Shown: piece after piece, positions 62,640-64,000 of the stretch
Position numbering within the stretch: position 1 is the stretch's first letter
How the letters are laid out: each line of letters begins with the position of its first letter
From: an uncultured Holophagales bacterium
GTDB lineage: Bacteria; Acidobacteriota; Thermoanaerobaculia; Multivoradales; UBA5704
Direction: 5' to 3'
NCBI GenBank assembly: GCA_963842525.1
Contig: CAWJGT010000003.1
Location: forward strand, 640,001 to 704,000
DNA length: 64,000 bases
Made by a program: the position numbers and the translations under genes
Notes under the pieces: model-generated
The model's input: only the letters and a program-made list of their open reading frames with translations
What the model was told of the DNA's origin: nothing
The model's database searches: none

Positions 62640-63028
62640 ATGCCTGGCAGAACGTATGCCGTGATTCAGAAGAAATTGGAGCTGCGGAGAAAGGCGCTGG
62701 CGGCGAACAACCAGGAGCTTCCCCACCTGGAGATGCCTCGGGTCAAGCTCGACGAGGTGCTGAACCAGGTGAAGGACCTCACGGCGCAGCAGGCGAGCCT
62801 CACCGCCGCCAAACAGGAGGTCTCGAAGCGTCTCGCAGAATCCATGCGCGAGGGGGAGATCCTGATGGCCTTCTTGGATGCCGGCGTCAAGCAGCACTAC
62901 GGCAACCGGTCGGAGAAGACTGGTGGAGTTCGGCCTGCAACCCTTCCGCAGTCAGCCGCGCATCCGCCTGGTCGGGCCGGCCGGCGAGCCTCTGAAGCGG
63001 AGCTCCCCCGCCGCCGGCGAACCCGTAG
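62640..63028 (+). CDS. ~128-aa helical hypothetical protein, paralog of 27817..28203, apparent indels, end approximate
   Basis: GAGGAG RBS; ELPHL, LTAAKQ, REG..L.AFL, YGNRSEK/LVEFGLQPFR. Confidence 0.8.
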
Positions 63029-63052
63029 TCCTTGCGTTTGCCGGAAGCCTCC

Positions 63053-63086
63053 GGGGCGTGGCCACAAGCCATGCCCCTTTTTTCTT
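63053..63086 (+). terminator. Intrinsic terminator
   Basis: GGGGCGTGGC-CACAA-GCCATGCCCC-TTTTTTCTT. Confidence 0.78.
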
Positions 63087-63104
63087 GTCCTCGTACCTTC
63101 CCGA

Positions 63105-63530
63105 CCTGAGTCTCAGGCTCCGCTCTCCCTGAGTCAGGTTCAACCTGACTGCGGAAAAGTTGAACCTGAACCGAAGCCGGATTCGACCTGACCTTGGGAA
63201 AGTTGAACCTGACTGGAGTCAACCTCAACCTGACCAATATCAGGTTCTACTCGACCGAGGTCAGACTCAACCTTACTGTAGAAAAATTGAGCTGACCGCA
63301 GTCAACTTCAATCTGACCGAAGTCAGGCTCCACTTGACCGGAGTCAGGTTCAACCTGATCGCGAAAGGTCGAGCCTTGCCGTGGTCAACCTCAACCTGAC
63401 TGGAGTCAGGCTTCACTTGGCCGAAGTCAGCTTCGGCCTGACCATGGAAAGGTTGAGCCTGACTGCAGTCAACCTCGACCTGACCGGAGTCAGATTTCAC
63501 TCGATCGAGGTCAGGTTTAACCTGACTGCG
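63105..63530. repeat. Array of ~20 palindromic 21-bp repeats
   Basis: Consensus near AGTCAGGTTCAACCTGACTGG; dyad GTCAGGTT-C-AACCTGAC. Confidence 0.9.
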
Positions 63531-63659
63531 GAGAGGCGCCTACTGTATCCCGGAAGGGCCTCTTGGCACTCGACGGACTTTCCACACCCTGCTGGGTTCC
63601 TCCAGCGTCATGCGGATTGTACCCGGTTGTATTCGTGGAAGCTCAGGCTCCCGGCGGGC

Positions 63660-64000
63660 TCAAGCGGGACGTGGAGCGCCGGCCGGAAGAGTAGCATCAG
63701 GCGCCGGGCCGACCTCGGCAGGTGTTTCAGTACCTGTCCGTTCGTTAAGGTTAAGATCACCCACAGGTATCGGCTTAGTTTTAGTGGGACAGTCTGGTGC
63801 ATCAGGACTTCCGGCGGCGAGTGATTCGTTGTCATCGATGAGCGGAGCGATCACAGGGCGGGGGCCGCCAGCGTCTTTTCCCGGTTGTTGCAGGTGGCCG
63901 TCAAATCGGCCTGCTTGGTCTGCCAGCCTTTTTCGAGCTTGGTCTTCAGCGCGGCTACGGCCGTCTTCCATCTCGTCACCTGTTCCGTGGAAAGGAGGCG
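63660..64000 (-). CDS. Possible 3' end of a gene entering from the right edge
   Basis: Frame open from the edge to ~63851, or to 63660 with a frameshift; no recognisable motif. Confidence 0.3.
   Translation of the reverse strand, partial: PPFHGTGDEMEDGRSRAEDQARKRLADQAGRFDGHLQQPGKDAGGPRPVIAPLIDDNESLAAGSPDAPDCPTKTKPIPVGDLNLNERTGTETPAEVGPAPDATLPAGAPRPA

Noticed and set aside
63105-63530. CRISPR array
   Set aside because: No repeat-spacer alternation; degenerate tandem 21-mers only

Overview
High-GC bacterial chromosomal window, probably Acidobacteriota (Thermoanaerobaculia-like gene content; inference). Many genes are broken by single-base indels, most likely long-read assembly errors. From left to right it holds: an amino-acid symporter; a toxin-antitoxin-rich stretch around a ~5.3 kb SF1 helicase/nuclease gene; nth; an IS1182-like element inserted in the 3' end of a response regulator; a MoxR/VWA pair; a hicBA-like module between 248-bp direct repeats; an integrase-less integron cassette array (three attC sites, putative attI and Pc); a sigma54-controlled RiPP/bacteriocin locus (two-component system, ABC exporter, radical SAM/SPASM, Cys-containing precursor, fulvocin C-related protein); a prokaryotic pentameric ligand-gated ion channel; tandem S8 proteases; a CheB/CheR-HK hybrid between duplicated nadE 5' regions; nadE; and signalling genes. 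The best candidate for an undescribed system occurs twice (27.1-28.3 kb and 62.6-63.5 kb): a ~128-aa helical protein gene, then a hairpin, then an array of ~20-28 internally palindromic 21-bp repeats. The two arrays share period and symmetry but not sequence. No rRNA, tRNA or CRISPR was recognised.
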